NCBI GenBank assembly: GCA_964291395.2
Contig: OZ219858.1
Span: 256,001-320,000, forward strand
DNA from: Alphaproteobacteria bacterium
GTDB lineage: Bacteria; Pseudomonadota; Alphaproteobacteria; UBA2966
Direction: 5' to 3'
DNA length: 64,000 nt
How positions within the stretch are numbered: position 1 is the stretch's first letter; each line of letters begins with the position of its first letter. Under the pieces are notes generated by a model. The model worked only from the letters and a program-made list of their open reading frames with translations, was not told where the DNA came from and did not search any database. The translations under genes were made by a program, and so were the position numbers. This document shows positions 25,313 through 38,990 of this stretch, in pieces.

Positions 25313-28207
25313 TCAAACAGCCGTCATCGTTTCTTGAAGGTCCTGAGAGTCCGGGTCCGGAACTGTCTCGTCAACCGAACCCCGGATCGCCGCCATCAAC
25401 TCAGTCCGAATGCGATCCAGTTTCCCTTCATGCGCGACCTTCAGACCGAACATGTCCTTGACGTAAAAGACATCGACTGCGCTCTCGCCGTATGTCGCGA
25501 CCCGCGCCGTGGCGATCGACAGGCCGAGATCGGTGATGGCACGAGTCACGTCGTAGAGGAGCCCTTGCCGATCACGTGCGTTTACCTCGATCACCGTAAA
25601 GACATGACTCGCGGTGTTGTCGATAATAACCTGCGGCGCCACCTCAAATACCTGGGTGCGACAGGGAATTCCGACTTGGCGCGCGAGGGCACGGCCAGGA
25701 TCGACCACGCCCGTAAGTGTCTGTTCGATTGCTGATTCCAGTTTGGTCAGGGCGCGGGCATCTTCGAGGGGTCCGCCCGCCGGATCTTGAATCCAGAACG
25801 TGTCGAGCGCCATGCCGTCGCTCGTCGTGAAGATCTTGGCTTCGACGATGTTGGCACCTGACATCGCGATGGCACCGGCCATAAGGGCAAAGAGTCCGTG
25901 GTGATCCTGGGTGTAGATGGTGACTTCGGTAACCGCATGGAACGAGTCGGATCGGAAATCCACTACCAGTCTCTGATCGGCGGCATCGGCGTGGCGCACC
26001 AACTCGGCGTGTCGCGACAGCGTCTTCGCATCTGCGGACAGCCAATAATGAGGATGACCGCGCGTCAAATAGGTCTCGAACTCCGCCTCCGACCAATCGG
26101 GCAGACGGGCCCTAAGTGCCTCCTGCGCCACGGCAACGCGTTCGTCGGCTCGCTCCGTGGACAGGCCGCCGGACAACGCCTCTTCGGTTCGATAGTAGAG
26201 TTCGCGCAGGAGCTGCCCTTTCCATCCGTTCCAAACAGTCGGGCCGACCGCTCTGATATCGGCGACCGTAAGCACGAGAAGGAGCTTGAGACGCTCTGGG
26301 CTCTGCACGAGGGCTGCAAAGTCAGACACGGTCTTGGGGTCCTGTATGTCCCTCTTGAAGGCGGTGGAACTCATGGCCAAGTGATGGCGAACCAGCCATG
26401 CAACGGTTTCCGTTTCCGCGTCGCTCAAACCGAGGCGGGGGCCGAGCTCAAAGGCGATCTCCGCGCCGATCTTGGAGTGATCACCGCCCCGGCCCTTGGC
26501 AATGTCGTGGAGCAGCACAGCAAGGAATAAAACGGGGCGTGATTGAATCTTGTGAATGATCTCGTTCGACAGGGGAAGGTCCTCCTCCAGCGAACCGCGT
26601 TCGATCTTGGCCAGCATTCCGATCGCACGAATCGTGTGCTCGTCAACCGTATAGACGTGGTACATGTCGTGCTGCATCTGCGCGATGACCCGCCCGAAAT
26701 CCGGCACGAACCGCCCGAATACCCCCGCCTCATTCATGCGCCGGAGCGTCGTCTCGGGATCCCGTCTCGACGTCAGTATTTCGAGGAACAGTCGATTGGC
26801 CTCGAGATCTTCCCGTAGGGATGCGTCAATCAGGTAAAGACTACGGGTGACCAAACGCAGGACGCGCGGGTGAATGTCCACCCCGTGACGGTCCGAGTGG
26901 TGGAAGAGTCGGATCAGCGAAACCGGGTCCCGTTGGAACAGACCATCGTCGTCGACATCGATACGCCCTCCTTCCATTACGAATCCATCAAGCCGTTCCT
27001 CCCGCTGCCCGATGCGCGGCAGGCGGAAACGTGACTTCCGCTTGAACTGTTCCTCAAGGGCCGCACAGAAAATGCGCGTGAGGTCACCGACTTCCTTAGC
27101 CACGAGGTAATAGTGCTTCATGAAGCGCTCGACACCGCGCGAACCCGGTCGATCCGTGTACCGCATGCGCTGTCCGATCTCCGGCTGGGCGTCGAAGGTC
27201 AACCTTTCCTCCGCGCGGTTCGCCAGATAATGCAGATGGCAGCGGACGGCCCAGAGATACTCTTCCGCCTTCGCAAAGTGTCGGAACTCGACCTGTGTCA
27301 GAACCCCGCGGCCGACGAGGTCGGCAACCTTGGGAACCTGAAAGGCGTACTTGCCGATCCAGAACAGAGTGTGCAGATCGCGCAGACCTCCTTTGCCCTC
27401 CTTGATGTTGGGTTCCACGACATAGCGCGAATCACCGAAACGTTTGTGTCGTTGGTCTCGTTCCGCGAGCTTGGCCTCCACGAAGTCGGGACCGGTCGAG
27501 GCCACGATCTCTCTCCGAAAGCGCCGTCGAAGCTCACGATAGAGCGCGGCATCACCGCACAGATACCTTGCCTCCAGCAGACCCGTGCGGATCGTGATAT
27601 CGGACCGGCCCAAGCGCATGCACTCATCGACCGACCGGGTGGCATGCCCCACCTTAAGGCCGAGATCCCAAAGCATATACAGCAGATACTCGACGATCTG
27701 CTCCCCCCAAGGCGTCTGCCTGTAAGGAAAAAGAAACAGCAAATCGACATCCGAGAACGGCGCCATCTCACCGCGGCCGTATCCCCCAACGGCAATGACC
27801 GAAAGCCGCTCGCCGGCGGTCGGATTCGACTGCGGGTAAACGTGACGCACCGCAAAACCGAATAGCGTCCGGATGAGTTGATCCAATGCCCAGGCAATTG
27901 CCCGAGCGGTGGCGCGGCCCGACAAGCCAACCTCAAATCTCTTTCGAATGGAACGTTGGGCGTCGGCAAGCGTGCGCTTGCATAAAAACAGCACTTCGGC
28001 GCGCGCGCCGATGCCTGAAGCGCCATCCGCTTCCACCAGAGCGTCAAGGGCGTCAGTGAGCCGCTTCGCGTCCAGAACCTCGTGGCGATCCCGGAAGGCT
28101 GCCACGCCGCGACGCGTCGCGACCGTCGAGTTGTAGGTCTGGGGTTTCACCGCTTGCGCTGTCTCAGTGGGTTTTGCATCATCATATCGGTCAACGACTA
28201 TTGCCAA
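25313..28207 (-). CDS. glnD: [Protein-PII] uridylyltransferase / uridylyl-removing enzyme
   Basis: GGYGR...SDVDL, EPNIKEGKGGLRDL, HVYTVDEH, HD motif LLHDIAKG and two ACT domains. Start uncertain. Confidence 0.96.
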   Translation of the reverse strand: MAIVVDRYDDAKPTETAQAVKPQTYNSTVATRRGVAAFRDRHEVLDAKRLTDALDALVEADGASGIGARAEVLFLCKRTLADAQRSIRKRFEVGLSGRATARAIAWALDQLIRTLFGFAVRHVYPQSNPTAGERLSVIAVGGYGRGEMAPFSDVDLLFLFPYRQTPWGEQIVEYLLYMLWDLGLKVGHATRSVDECMRLGRSDITIRTGLLEARYLCGDAALYRELRRRFRREIVASTGPDFVEAKLAERDQRHKRFGDSRYVVEPNIKEGKGGLRDLHTLFWIGKYAFQVPKVADLVGRGVLTQVEFRHFAKAEEYLWAVRCHLHYLANRAEERLTFDAQPEIGQRMRYTDRPGSRGVERFMKHYYLVAKEVGDLTRIFCAALEEQFKRKSRFRLPRIGQREERLDGFVMEGGRIDVDDDGLFQRDPVSLIRLFHHSDRHGVDIHPRVLRLVTRSLYLIDASLREDLEANRLFLEILTSRRDPETTLRRMNEAGVFGRFVPDFGRVIAQMQHDMYHVYTVDEHTIRAIGMLAKIERGSLEEDLPLSNEIIHKIQSRPVLFLAVLLHDIAKGRGGDHSKIGAEIAFELGPRLGLSDAETETVAWLVRHHLAMSSTAFKRDIQDPKTVSDFAALVQSPERLKLLLVLTVADIRAVGPTVWNGWKGQLLRELYYRTEEALSGGLSTERADERVAVAQEALRARLPDWSEAEFETYLTRGHPHYWLSADAKTLSRHAELVRHADAADQRLVVDFRSDSFHAVTEVTIYTQDHHGLFALMAGAIAMSGANIVEAKIFTTSDGMALDTFWIQDPAGGPLEDARALTKLESAIEQTLTGVVDPGRALARQVGIPCRTQVFEVAPQVIIDNTASHVFTVIEVNARDRQGLLYDVTRAITDLGLSIATARVATYGESAVDVFYVKDMFGLKVAHEGKLDRIRTELMAAIRGSVDETVPDPDSQDLQETMTAV

Positions 28208-28281
28208 CAGCGCTCTTCAGGTTGCCGGCCAAATCCAGCGGTCGGGTTTCCAGATGCGCCCAAGCATGACAGGGAGGATCC

Positions 28282-29394
28282 ATGGACGTCCGCGCTGCAG
28301 TCGCCCACAAAGCGGGCGACCCCCTTTCGATCGAAACCATTCAACTGGACGGACCCAAAGCCGGCGAGGTTCTCGTCGAAGTCAAGGCTACGGGTATCTG
28401 CCACACCGACGCCTACACCCTATCCGGTGCCGATCCGGAGGGATTGTTTCCATCCGTTCTCGGACACGAAGGCGCTGGCGTCGTCGTTGAAGTCGGGAAT
28501 GGCGTCGACAGCGTCAAACCCGGCGATCACGTGATCCCCCTGTATACGCCGGAATGTCGGCAATGCGAATATTGCCTCTCGGGGAAGACCAACCTGTGCC
28601 AAGCCATTCGCGAAACTCAGGGCCAGGGGGTCATGCCGGACGGAACCAGCCGTTTCAGCCTTGGTGGCGAGAAGCTCTACCACTACATGGGCACATCGAC
28701 ATTCGCCAATTTCACGGTGCTGCCTGAAATTGCCGTCGCTAAGATCCGGGAAGACGCGCCGTTCGACAAGGTTTGCTACATCGGTTGCGGCGTAACGACG
28801 GGGATCGGGGCCGTCATCAACACCGCCAAAGTCGAAACCGGCGCCAATGTCGTGGTCTTCGGCCTGGGCGGCATCGGCCTCAACGTCATCCAGGGGTGCC
28901 GTCTCGTGGGTGCCGACATGATCGTGGGGGTCGACATCAACGAGGGTAAGAAGGAGCTTGCGGAAAAATTCGGCATGACCCACTTCGTCAATCCCAAGGA
29001 AGTCGACGGAGACCTGACGTCCTATCTCGTGGACTTGACGAACGGAGGTGCCGATTACTCGTTCGAGTGTATCGGTAACGTCGACACCATGCGTCAGGCA
29101 CTCGAGTGTTGCCACAAAGGTTGGGGCGAGAGCACGATCATCGGCGTCGCACCCTCCGGAACCGAGATCGCGACCCGCCCCTTCCAACTGGTAACGGGTC
29201 GTGTGTGGCGCGGGACCGCCTTTGGTGGCGCCAAGGGGCGCACAGAAGTGCCGAAAATCGTCGACTGGTACATGGACGGCAAGATCAATATCGACGACCT
29301 GATCACGCACACCATGCCGCTGGAGGACATCAACAACGCTTTCCACCTGATGCACGAAGGCGAATCCATCAGATCGGTCGTCTTTTACGACTGA
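28282..29394 (+). CDS. frmA: S-(hydroxymethyl)glutathione dehydrogenase / class III alcohol dehydrogenase
   Basis: GICHTD, GHEG, structural Zn site ECRQCEYC...NLC and [18 protein letters not shown]. Confidence 0.95.
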   Translation: MDVRAAVAHKAGDPLSIETIQLDGPKAGEVLVEVKATGICHTDAYTLSGADPEGLFPSVLGHEGAGVVVEVGNGVDSVKPGDHVIPLYTPECRQCEYCLSGKTNLCQAIRETQGQGVMPDGTSRFSLGGEKLYHYMGTSTFANFTVLPEIAVAKIREDAPFDKVCYIGCGVTTGIGAVINTAKVETGANVVVFGLGGIGLNVIQGCRLVGADMIVGVDINEGKKELAEKFGMTHFVNPKEVDGDLTSYLVDLTNGGADYSFECIGNVDTMRQALECCHKGWGESTIIGVAPSGTEIATRPFQLVTGRVWRGTAFGGAKGRTEVPKIVDWYMDGKINIDDLITHTMPLEDINNAFHLMHEGESIRSVVFYD

Positions 29395-29437
29395 GAGCGT
29401 CGAGATCTCGCAAACGGACCCGCGCCATTCCGTGGAT

Positions 29438-32209
29438 TCAGCCGCTGTGGGATGACTCCTCGCGCGCCAGTGCAACGAGGCGATAAACGAGATCGAGTGC
29501 GTCACGGGGACTCAGCTCGTCGGGATGAACGGACTCCACCGCCGCCGCCAAGGGATTGGAACCGGCCGGAGAGCTCGACGCTTGTCTTCCAACCACAGCC
29601 GAGAACAAAGGAAGGTCCTCGGCAAGTGAGCTGGCGGCGCCCGCCTTTTCACCGGCCTCGAGAACCTTGAGGACATCGACGGCACGGTCGACGACACTGC
29701 CCGGTAGACCGGCCAGCTTGGCGACATGAATGCCGTAGGAACGGTCCGCGGCACCGGGGGCCACCTCGTGCAGGAACACGACCGAGTCCTGCCATTCCTT
29801 GATGCGCATGGTGCGGTTGGACAAGTGCTCAAGCTTTGCGGAGAGTGCCGTAAGCTCATGGTAGTGGGTCGCGAATAGAGCACGGCACCGGTTGACCTCG
29901 TGCAGGTGTTCAGCCACCGCCCAGGCGATCGATAAGCCGTCGTAGGTGGCAGTGCCGCGACCGATCTCGTCCAGAATGACGAGGGCGCGTAAGCCCGCTT
30001 GATTGAGAATGGCGGCGGTCTCCACCATCTCAACCATGAAGGTCGAGCGTCCCCGCGCTAAGTCGTCCGACGCGCCGACACGGGAGAACAACTGATCGAC
30101 CACGCCTATATGGGCAGCGTCGGCCGGCACGAAGGACCCCATTTGGGCCAGAATCGCGATCACGGCATTCTGGCGCAGGAACGTGCTTTTGCCCGCCATG
30201 TTGGGGCCGGTCAGCAGCCAGAGGCGCTGACCATCCGAAAGATCACAGCCGTTGGCGACAAAAGCGCCTTCACCGGTTCGTTCCAACGCGGCTTCCACCA
30301 CGGGATGTCGACCGCCGTCGATCTCGAACGCCAGAGAATCGTCGATCATCGGTCGTACGTATCGTCGCACCTCCGCGAGTTCCGCCAAGGCAGCCGCCAC
30401 ATCCAACCGCGCGATCGCATCAGCCGCTGCCCCGATGGCAGAAACCTGTGTTTCGATCTCACGGCACAGCGTCTCGAAGATCTCGACTTCGAGCGCCACG
30501 GCCTTGTCAGCCGCTGAACTCAATCGCGCTTCGAGGTCGGCCAATTCCGTAGTCGTGAACCGGACTGCGTTGGCCATCGTCTGGCGATGGATGAACCGGT
30601 CATGCCCGCCACCCATCAATTTGTCCGCACGAGTATTCGTCACCTCGACGAAGTACCCGAGTACGTTGTTGTGCCGGATCTTCAACGAGGCGATCCCCGT
30701 CTCCGCTGCATACGCCGACTGCATCGCGGCGATGTGTCGCCTGCTCTCGTCCCGCAGTGTCCGGAGTTCGTCCAAGGCTCCGTCGTATCCCAGAGCGACA
30801 AAATTACCGTCACGCGCCTGCAGCGGCAGGTCCTCGTCAAGCGCGAGAGAGAGTTTTTCGACCAGCGGATCGTGCTCGCCAAGATCGGCGTCGATGCGGG
30901 CAATGCCCCGCGGCACCGCGTGAAGGCCATCATCCGACAGCAGGTCGCGAAACACACGAGCCGCACGCAGTCCATCCCGCACCGCAGCCAAGTCGCGGGG
31001 CCCACCCCGGCCCAGCGTCAATCGACCGAGCGCCCGCTCCACGTCGGGTGTTTTCCGCAATTCGTCACGCACCGATTCGCGTAAGCTTCCTTCGCCGGCG
31101 AAAAACGCCACGTCGTCGTGCCGACCCCCGATCTCACTTGCGTTCGTCGAGGGCGCGCCCAGCCTGCGCGACAGCAGCCGGGCGCCCGACCCGGTGACGG
31201 TGAAATCAATCACCGAGAGCAGGCTGCCCGTCGACTCACCGGCCAACGTCCGAACGAGCTCAAGGTTGCGCCGCGTCGCGGAGTCGATGAGCATGGCCGC
31301 GTTGGCCTGGATCCTGACAGGAGGCTTCAGACCCGGAAGCTTTCCGCGCTGAGTAAGCTCGACGTAGTGGAGTAGCCCGCCGAGCGCCGCCAGCTCGGCC
31401 CGACCGAACGCGCCGAACCCTTCAAGGGTGGCAACGCCATAGCTTTCCTCGAGGCGCCGCTCCGCCGCTTGGGAATCGAATCGCGCCGCGGGCAGGGTGG
31501 TTAGCACCGAATCCCAATCCGCAAGTATCTCGCCCAGCTCCGGCATCTCTACCAGCCGATCGGAAACGAGCAGTTCCCCGGGATTGAGCCGGCCCAGTTC
31601 ACCCGCCATCCTCGCTTGTTCCATTGGTGTTGCGGCAACATCCCCCGTAGAGACATCGACCCAGGCGATGGCCAAGTTGCGTTCTGCCCGCGCGATCGCA
31701 ACCAAATAGTTGTTGGCCCGCGCGTCGAGGAGCGTATCCTCGACCAGGGTGCCCGGCGTGACGACGCGTACGACTTCCCGCTTCACCACGGTCTTGGCAC
31801 CGCGCTTCTTGGCCACCGCCGGATCCTCGACCTGTTCGCAGATCGCTACCTTGAAGCCGCAGCGGATCAGGCGCTGAAGATAATTCTCGTACGAATGAAC
31901 GGGCACGCCGCACATCGGGATGTCCTGTCCCCGGTGACGTCCCCGCTTGGTGAGCACGATATCGAGCGCCATCGAGGCCGTCTCGGCATCGGTGAAGAAA
32001 AGCTCGTAGAAATCACCCATGCGAAAGAACAGCAGGGCGTCTGGATGTTCGTCTTTGATGGCCAAGTACTGGGCCATCATGGGTGAAACCGTTTCCTTGT
32101 GCGGTACCGATTTCGCAGACACCCGTCCATCGACGGCGGTGGCAGGGGAGAATTTCGGCGCCCCGGAATACAGAGGGGAAACAGGGACGGACGGCTCAAC
32201 CCGAGTCAT
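29438..32209 (-). CDS. mutS: DNA mismatch repair protein MutS
   Basis: [40 protein letters not shown] and FATHYHEL. The start could be as late as about 32080. Confidence 0.97.
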   Translation of the reverse strand: MTRVEPSVPVSPLYSGAPKFSPATAVDGRVSAKSVPHKETVSPMMAQYLAIKDEHPDALLFFRMGDFYELFFTDAETASMALDIVLTKRGRHRGQDIPMCGVPVHSYENYLQRLIRCGFKVAICEQVEDPAVAKKRGAKTVVKREVVRVVTPGTLVEDTLLDARANNYLVAIARAERNLAIAWVDVSTGDVAATPMEQARMAGELGRLNPGELLVSDRLVEMPELGEILADWDSVLTTLPAARFDSQAAERRLEESYGVATLEGFGAFGRAELAALGGLLHYVELTQRGKLPGLKPPVRIQANAAMLIDSATRRNLELVRTLAGESTGSLLSVIDFTVTGSGARLLSRRLGAPSTNASEIGGRHDDVAFFAGEGSLRESVRDELRKTPDVERALGRLTLGRGGPRDLAAVRDGLRAARVFRDLLSDDGLHAVPRGIARIDADLGEHDPLVEKLSLALDEDLPLQARDGNFVALGYDGALDELRTLRDESRRHIAAMQSAYAAETGIASLKIRHNNVLGYFVEVTNTRADKLMGGGHDRFIHRQTMANAVRFTTTELADLEARLSSAADKAVALEVEIFETLCREIETQVSAIGAAADAIARLDVAAALAELAEVRRYVRPMIDDSLAFEIDGGRHPVVEAALERTGEGAFVANGCDLSDGQRLWLLTGPNMAGKSTFLRQNAVIAILAQMGSFVPADAAHIGVVDQLFSRVGASDDLARGRSTFMVEMVETAAILNQAGLRALVILDEIGRGTATYDGLSIAWAVAEHLHEVNRCRALFATHYHELTALSAKLEHLSNRTMRIKEWQDSVVFLHEVAPGAADRSYGIHVAKLAGLPGSVVDRAVDVLKVLEAGEKAGAASSLAEDLPLFSAVVGRQASSSPAGSNPLAAAVESVHPDELSPRDALDLVYRLVALAREESSHSG

Positions 32210-32419
32210 TCGAGGAAGGTATCACAAGGGACAGGCGAGAGCATAAACGTCTACCAACGTCATGGAGATACTCGCTAAATCAACCAGTTATGCAGGCAAT
32301 ACGACGCATTTGCGTGTTTACGCACGGCGCCAAACCCCGCTAGTGTTTTCTAAAGGCCTGCGAGAGACCTGTCGAACCCGGCTCTCTTTTGTAATCCATC
32401 GCACAAGGACGAGGTGGAC

Positions 32420-34687
32420 ATGAGCGACACGATCCGCGTGTCAGACGAAGAGGCATTGCGATTTCATTCTGCCGGCAAGCCCGGAAAGATTGAAATCACG
32501 CCCACAAAACCGCTGACCACCCAACGGGATCTGACGCTCGCCTACTCGCCAGGCGTGGCCGTGCCTTGCCTCGAAATCTCGAAGAATCCTGACGACGCGT
32601 ACGACTACACGGCCCGCGCCAATGTCGTCGCCGTGATCAGCAACGGCACGGCGGTGCTGGGGCTCGGCGATCTTGGCGCGCTCGCGTCCAAACCCGTTAT
32701 GGAGGGCAAAGCCGTCCTCTTCAAGCGCTTCGCGGACATAGACGGAATCGATATCGAGGTTGACACCCGGGATGTCGAGGAATTCGTCAATTGCGTGCGC
32801 TACCTCGGTCCGACGTTCGGTGGAATCAATCTCGAAGACATCAAGGCACCGGAGTGTTTCATCATCGAGCAGCGGTTGCGCGAGTTGATGGACATTCCGA
32901 TCTTCCATGACGACCAGCACGGCACCGCGATTATCGCCGTCGCGGGTCTGATCAATGCCCTCGAGCTCACTGGACGTAAGATTCAGGACACCAAGATCGT
33001 GGTCAACGGTGCCGGTGCCGGAGGCGTGGCGTGCGTCGAACTGATCAAGGCGCTGGGGATGCCTCATGATCAGGCCATCCTCTGCGACTCCCAAGGAGTC
33101 ATCTACAACGGCCGCGAGAAGGGGATGAACCAGTGGAAGTCGGCCCACGCGATCAACACTGACGCGCGTTCCCTGGCCGATGCGGTCAAGGGGGCAGATG
33201 TATTCTTCGGACTATCCGTAGCCGACTCGATGACCCCGAAGATGGTCGCAGACATGGCCGACAACCCCATCATCTTCGCGATGGCCAATCCGGACCCGGA
33301 GATCACCCCCGAACAGGTCAAGGCAGTTCGGGACGATGCGATCATGGCTACAGGACGCTCAGACTATCCCAACCAGGTCAACAACGTGCTCGGCTTTCCC
33401 TATATCTTCCGCGGTGCCCTCGATGTGCGTGCATCGACCATCAACGATGAGATGAAGATCGCCGCCGCCCAAGCGCTCGCCGAACTCGCACGTGAAGACG
33501 TGCCGGACGAGGTGCTCGCCGCCTATCCTGGCGAGCGTCTTCACTATGGCCGCGACTACATCATCCCGGTGCCATTTGACCCGCGGCTGATCTCGCGAAT
33601 TCCACCGGCCGTGGCCAGCGCCGCCATGGAGTCGGGAGTGGCGCGGCGTCCGATCATCGATATGGAGACCTATCGCAACCAGCTTCGCGCGCGCCTCGAC
33701 CCGATGATGGGCACCCTGCAGCGCATCTTCGAGCAAGTGATGGCCGAACCCAGACGCATCGCCTATGCCGAAGGGGAGGACGAGCGAGTCATTCGCGCCG
33801 CATTGGCATATCGCAATGCGGGCTTCGGAACGCCCATACTTATCGGCAGGGAGCCGCGCATCCGCCGGGCGTTGGATACCATGGGGATCGACGACACCCT
33901 TTCGGGCGTCGAGATCATCAATGCGGCGATCAATCCTCGAAACCACGAATACTACGACTACTTGTACGGCCGGCTACAGCGGCGCGGAGCCCTGTTCCGC
34001 GACTGTCGGCGCATGGTCAACGTGTATGGCACCGTATTCGGCGCCTGCATGGTGGCCCTGGGCGATGCGGACGCCTTGGTTGCCGGACTCGCACGAAGCC
34101 ATGCCGAAGTCTACGAGGACATCCTGAAGGCGCTGGGTCCGAAGGAAGGCTCCCGTGTCATCGGGGTGAGCATCGTCGTGGCGCGGGGCGGTCGGACAGT
34201 CTTGATTGCCGATACGACGGTGCACGCATCACCACGTCCCGACGAATTGGCCGATATTGCCCAGCAGGCAGCCGCAGTAGCGCGCGAGATGGGCCACGAG
34301 CCGCGCGTTGCCTTGTTGTCGTTCTCAAACTTCGGGAATCCGCCGCATGAGCGCTCCGACCGGGTACGCGAGGCCGTGGAAGTCCTGGCCGGTCGGAAAC
34401 CCGACTTCGAGTTCGACGGCGAGATGTCCGCCGACGTGGCACTCAACAGCCAATTGCTCGCCCACTACCCGTTTTCGCGCCTGTCAGCACCGGCCAACGT
34501 GCTGATCATGCCAGGACTGCATTCGGCGGACATTGCGTCGAATCTGTTGCACGAGCTCGGCGGCGGTACAGTGATCGGCCCGCTGCTTGTGGGCTTGGCG
34601 AAACCGGCGCAGATCGTTCCGATGGGCGCCACAGTGACGGAAATCGTCAACCTGTCGGCGATCGCCGCCCACGAAGCCGTTCGCTAA
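32420..34687 (+). CDS. maeB: NADP-dependent malic enzyme with phosphotransacetylase-like domain
   Basis: [28 protein letters not shown] and [12 protein letters not shown], plus a C-terminal PTA-like domain (FDGEM). Confidence 0.96.
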   Translation: MSDTIRVSDEEALRFHSAGKPGKIEITPTKPLTTQRDLTLAYSPGVAVPCLEISKNPDDAYDYTARANVVAVISNGTAVLGLGDLGALASKPVMEGKAVLFKRFADIDGIDIEVDTRDVEEFVNCVRYLGPTFGGINLEDIKAPECFIIEQRLRELMDIPIFHDDQHGTAIIAVAGLINALELTGRKIQDTKIVVNGAGAGGVACVELIKALGMPHDQAILCDSQGVIYNGREKGMNQWKSAHAINTDARSLADAVKGADVFFGLSVADSMTPKMVADMADNPIIFAMANPDPEITPEQVKAVRDDAIMATGRSDYPNQVNNVLGFPYIFRGALDVRASTINDEMKIAAAQALAELAREDVPDEVLAAYPGERLHYGRDYIIPVPFDPRLISRIPPAVASAAMESGVARRPIIDMETYRNQLRARLDPMMGTLQRIFEQVMAEPRRIAYAEGEDERVIRAALAYRNAGFGTPILIGREPRIRRALDTMGIDDTLSGVEIINAAINPRNHEYYDYLYGRLQRRGALFRDCRRMVNVYGTVFGACMVALGDADALVAGLARSHAEVYEDILKALGPKEGSRVIGVSIVVARGGRTVLIADTTVHASPRPDELADIAQQAAAVAREMGHEPRVALLSFSNFGNPPHERSDRVREAVEVLAGRKPDFEFDGEMSADVALNSQLLAHYPFSRLSAPANVLIMPGLHSADIASNLLHELGGGTVIGPLLVGLAKPAQIVPMGATVTEIVNLSAIAAHEAVR

Positions 34688-34701
34688 CGGGGCTTGCCGC
34701 T

Positions 34702-35442
34702 TTAATCCGCGAAGACGTTGTTCGCGACGAGCCAAATGCCGGAGGCGAGCAGCAGGATCAGAACCACCTTTCGAAATCCGCGCTCGTCGATCCGCCTGTA
34801 GGCCATGAGGCCGAGTTGCACCCCGACCATAAGCGCCGGCACGCTGACCAGGGTCAGGACGCCGACCTCACGGGTCAGTAGCCCTTTGGAGGCGTACGCC
34901 GCAACGACGAGCGTGAGAATGATGAAATTGTAAGGCTGCCACGTCGCCCGTTGCACGTCCTTGGTCCAACCTCGCAGTCCGCACCATATGGTGACCGGGG
35001 GCCCGGACAGCCCGGCGATGCCACCGAAGATCCCGCCGCCGAACCCCACAGCGCCGTCGCCGACCGGACCGGCCCTTGCGCATACCGCTCCAAGTTTCAC
35101 GACGAGACCGAACAGGCCATAAGCGATCAGAAATGCGCCGAGGCCGACCTTGAGATCTGGCCCGTCGATGTAGCTCAGAAGAAACACGCCCAAAGGAATC
35201 CCGATCACACCGCCGATGATGAAGGGCAGCACGCGTCGGACGGAGATGTCGCGACGGACATGGACGATGGACCGGATCTGGCCCGCGACAGAGCAGATGG
35301 CCACCAACGGACCCGCGACCACCGGCTCCATGACGTGCAGCCAAAAGCCGAGTGATATGAGCCCCACACCGAAACCCGCAAGACCGGTGACGAAACCGGC
35401 CGCAAGGGCCCCGGCCACCACCAAAAGAAGTGCTGCATCCAC
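34702..35442 (-). CDS. TauE/SafE family (sulfite exporter-like) membrane protein
   Basis: About 250 aa, very hydrophobic, with two Gly-rich repeats (AGFVTGLAGFG and GGIFGGIAGLSGPP). Confidence 0.85.
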   Translation of the reverse strand: MDAALLLVVAGALAAGFVTGLAGFGVGLISLGFWLHVMEPVVAGPLVAICSVAGQIRSIVHVRRDISVRRVLPFIIGGVIGIPLGVFLLSYIDGPDLKVGLGAFLIAYGLFGLVVKLGAVCARAGPVGDGAVGFGGGIFGGIAGLSGPPVTIWCGLRGWTKDVQRATWQPYNFIILTLVVAAYASKGLLTREVGVLTLVSVPALMVGVQLGLMAYRRIDERGFRKVVLILLLASGIWLVANNVFAD

Positions 35443-35651
35443 GTGACCACCACGACAACAGACGACCGGCACCGATCATGCGCCGCCCTCGGTAGTTAAA
35501 CAACCGACCGGCATCGCTGCGCTCGATCCGGGAAAGGTCGGTTCAAGTGAGGCTTGATCCGCCATGGATGCAGCGACGCGGTGTTGAGAACCGCGAACCT
35601 AGGATCGGACCTCAGGTTCGATATGAACCGCCATGGAACAACCGTACACCG

Positions 35652-37526
35652 TTACGTCGTACCGGCGATGCTCTTCATCATCGCATCGGCCAACCGTCGA
35701 GAGAACGCGGCCGAATCTGGCAAGGGTTCGCCTTCGGCAATCCGCGCCTGATCGAGCAGCAGATGAGCTGCATCCTCAAGCGCGTCGGACGCGCCCTTCT
35801 CAGTCGCGCGTTGAGCCAATGACTTGATCAGGCCATGCTTAGGATTGATCTCCAGCACGCGGGGGGCGAGTTCACTCAGCTGCCCTTGCTGCTTGAGCAT
35901 TCTCGCCAGATGCATGTCGAGGTCGTGTTCGTCCGCGACGAGGCAAACGGCGCTGTCGGTCAAACGTTCCGAGGTCCTGACATCCTTGACTGCGTCGCCA
36001 AGTGTCTGCTTGAGGAGCGCGATCAACGTCGCAGTCCGGCTATCGGACGGCCCTTCTCCATCTCCTTCCGCCGCGTCCCCGTCCTGAAGAGGGAGCTTGT
36101 CGAGATCAGCCGCACCCTGGGTAACCGAGGTGAAGGATTTGTCCGCATATTGCTGTACCGCAGGCACCCAAAACTCGTCGACCGCGTCCGTCAGCAGCAA
36201 GACTTCCACACCCCGCGCGACAAATCCTTCGAGCTGCGGGCTGCGTCGCAGGCCCTCCAGCGACTCGCCGCTGATGTAGTAGATCGTTTCCTGTCCATCC
36301 TTCATGCGCTCGACATAGTTGTCGAGGGAAATCAGTTCATCTCCCGAAGCGGTTGACCGGAGTCGGGCGATCTTGAGCAGATTTTCTCGTTGGTCCGGAT
36401 CCTCGTAGATGCCTTCCTTTATGACCGCGCCAAAGTTCTCCCAGAACTTGGCGAACTCCTCGGGTTCCTTCTCCGCCTTCTTCTTGAGTTCGGCGAGCAC
36501 ACGGCGGATAACGGCGCTCTTAATCCGGGTGAGGACCGGGCTCGTTTGCAGGAGTTCGCGACTGACGTTGAGGGGCAGGTCCTCCGAATCAATTACGCCT
36601 CGTAGGAAGCGCAGATAGGGCGGCACCAAGCCTTCATAGTCGTCGGTGATAAAGACCCGTTTCACATAGAGTTTCACCCGATGGCGACGCTCGGGATGGA
36701 ATAGATCGAACGGTCTGACGGACGGTACGAAGAGAAGAAGCGTGTACTCGATCTTGCCCTCGGCGCGGGCATGAATGGTTAGCCAGGGATCGTCGAAGGC
36801 GTGTCCGACGTGGTGGTAGAACTCATTGTACTGACTCTCCGAAACGTCCTTTCGAGGCAATGTCCACAACGCGGCAGCCGCATTGAGCTTATCGTCTTCC
36901 CCATCCAGGCGAATGGGAATCGGAATGTGGTCCGAGTAGGTCTTGACGATATGGCGGAGCCGGTCCGGTTCAAGGAATTCTCTCTCGCCCTTCTTCAGGT
37001 GAACTGTCACAGACGTTCCACGCGAGTCGCGTTCCGCCTCTGCGATGGAGAATTCGCCGGAACCGTCCGATGCCCAGGTCCAAGCCTGCTCTTCCCCTGC
37101 CTTCCGGCTCGTGACATCGACCCGGTCTCCGACGATAAACGCGGAGTAGAACCCGACACCGAATTGACCGATCAGAGCGACGTCCTTGGATGAATCACCG
37201 GTCAATTGATCGACGAACGCCTGCGTGCCGGAACGGGCGATCGTGCCAAGGTTCTCAACCAGATCTTCACGGTCCATCCCGATACCGTTGTCCGCGATCG
37301 TCAGGCTCCTCCCCTTCTTGTCGATGCTCAGGGTGATGCGAAACTCGGGATCGTCTTCCGTGAGCTTGGGGTCAGTGAGGACCAGATAGCGCAACCGATC
37401 GCAAGCGTCCGAGGCGTTCGAGACGAGCTCGCGAAGAAAGATTTCCTTTTCGCTGTAGAGCGAATTGGCAACGATGTGGAGCAGGCGGCTTACCTCCGCC
37501 TGAAAGGTAAGTGTCTCTTCCGCCAT
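35652..37526 (-). CDS. htpG: Chaperone HtpG (Hsp90)
   Basis: FQAEV, FLRELVSNASDA, IGQFGVGFYS and DSEDLPLNVSRE. ATG at 37526 follows AAGGAGG. Confidence 0.97.
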   Translation of the reverse strand: MAEETLTFQAEVSRLLHIVANSLYSEKEIFLRELVSNASDACDRLRYLVLTDPKLTEDDPEFRITLSIDKKGRSLTIADNGIGMDREDLVENLGTIARSGTQAFVDQLTGDSSKDVALIGQFGVGFYSAFIVGDRVDVTSRKAGEEQAWTWASDGSGEFSIAEAERDSRGTSVTVHLKKGEREFLEPDRLRHIVKTYSDHIPIPIRLDGEDDKLNAAAALWTLPRKDVSESQYNEFYHHVGHAFDDPWLTIHARAEGKIEYTLLLFVPSVRPFDLFHPERRHRVKLYVKRVFITDDYEGLVPPYLRFLRGVIDSEDLPLNVSRELLQTSPVLTRIKSAVIRRVLAELKKKAEKEPEEFAKFWENFGAVIKEGIYEDPDQRENLLKIARLRSTASGDELISLDNYVERMKDGQETIYYISGESLEGLRRSPQLEGFVARGVEVLLLTDAVDEFWVPAVQQYADKSFTSVTQGAADLDKLPLQDGDAAEGDGEGPSDSRTATLIALLKQTLGDAVKDVRTSERLTDSAVCLVADEHDLDMHLARMLKQQGQLSELAPRVLEINPKHGLIKSLAQRATEKGASDALEDAAHLLLDQARIAEGEPLPDSAAFSRRLADAMMKSIAGTT

Positions 37527-37580
37527 AACAGGTCGGTTCCCTCCTTCTACGGGCGTCGGAATCGAGAAATTCGGCCGAAA

Positions 37581-37608
37581 ATATGTAAACCGCGGCCCAC
37601 ATTGCAAG
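37581..37608 (-). promoter_or_regulatory. Putative RpoH (sigma32)-type promoter of htpG
   Basis: CTTGCA-N15-TACATAT, similar to the alphaproteobacterial CTTGAA...CCTATAT pattern and upstream of a heat-shock gene. Confidence 0.4.
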
Positions 37609-37735
37609 CCATCTTGACGGTCGGCGTTTGGCGCGAGCTCGTCGTGTCGGGGCTGGTTTCCGCTGCTTGGTGTTTCATCTCCCGAAACCGATCACCGGTT
37701 GAGCTTGCGGCATGATCAGGAATCGGGGTAGGTAG

Positions 37736-38800
<1,065 letters not shown>

Positions 38801-38990
38801 TCTTCTCGCTTTCCGTACACGGCGGCGCTGAAAAATGGTTGTAATGACGTACCTTGGGCGATGACGTTCACCCGGAGCAGCGTTTTTCTCCGGAACCTGC
38901 CAGTGTTATTGAGAGCCGGCGGCAGAGGCACGCGCCGCATCGAGTTTGTATCGTCGCTGGTAGAGTATGGATGACCGGCGGGTGGAGGCG

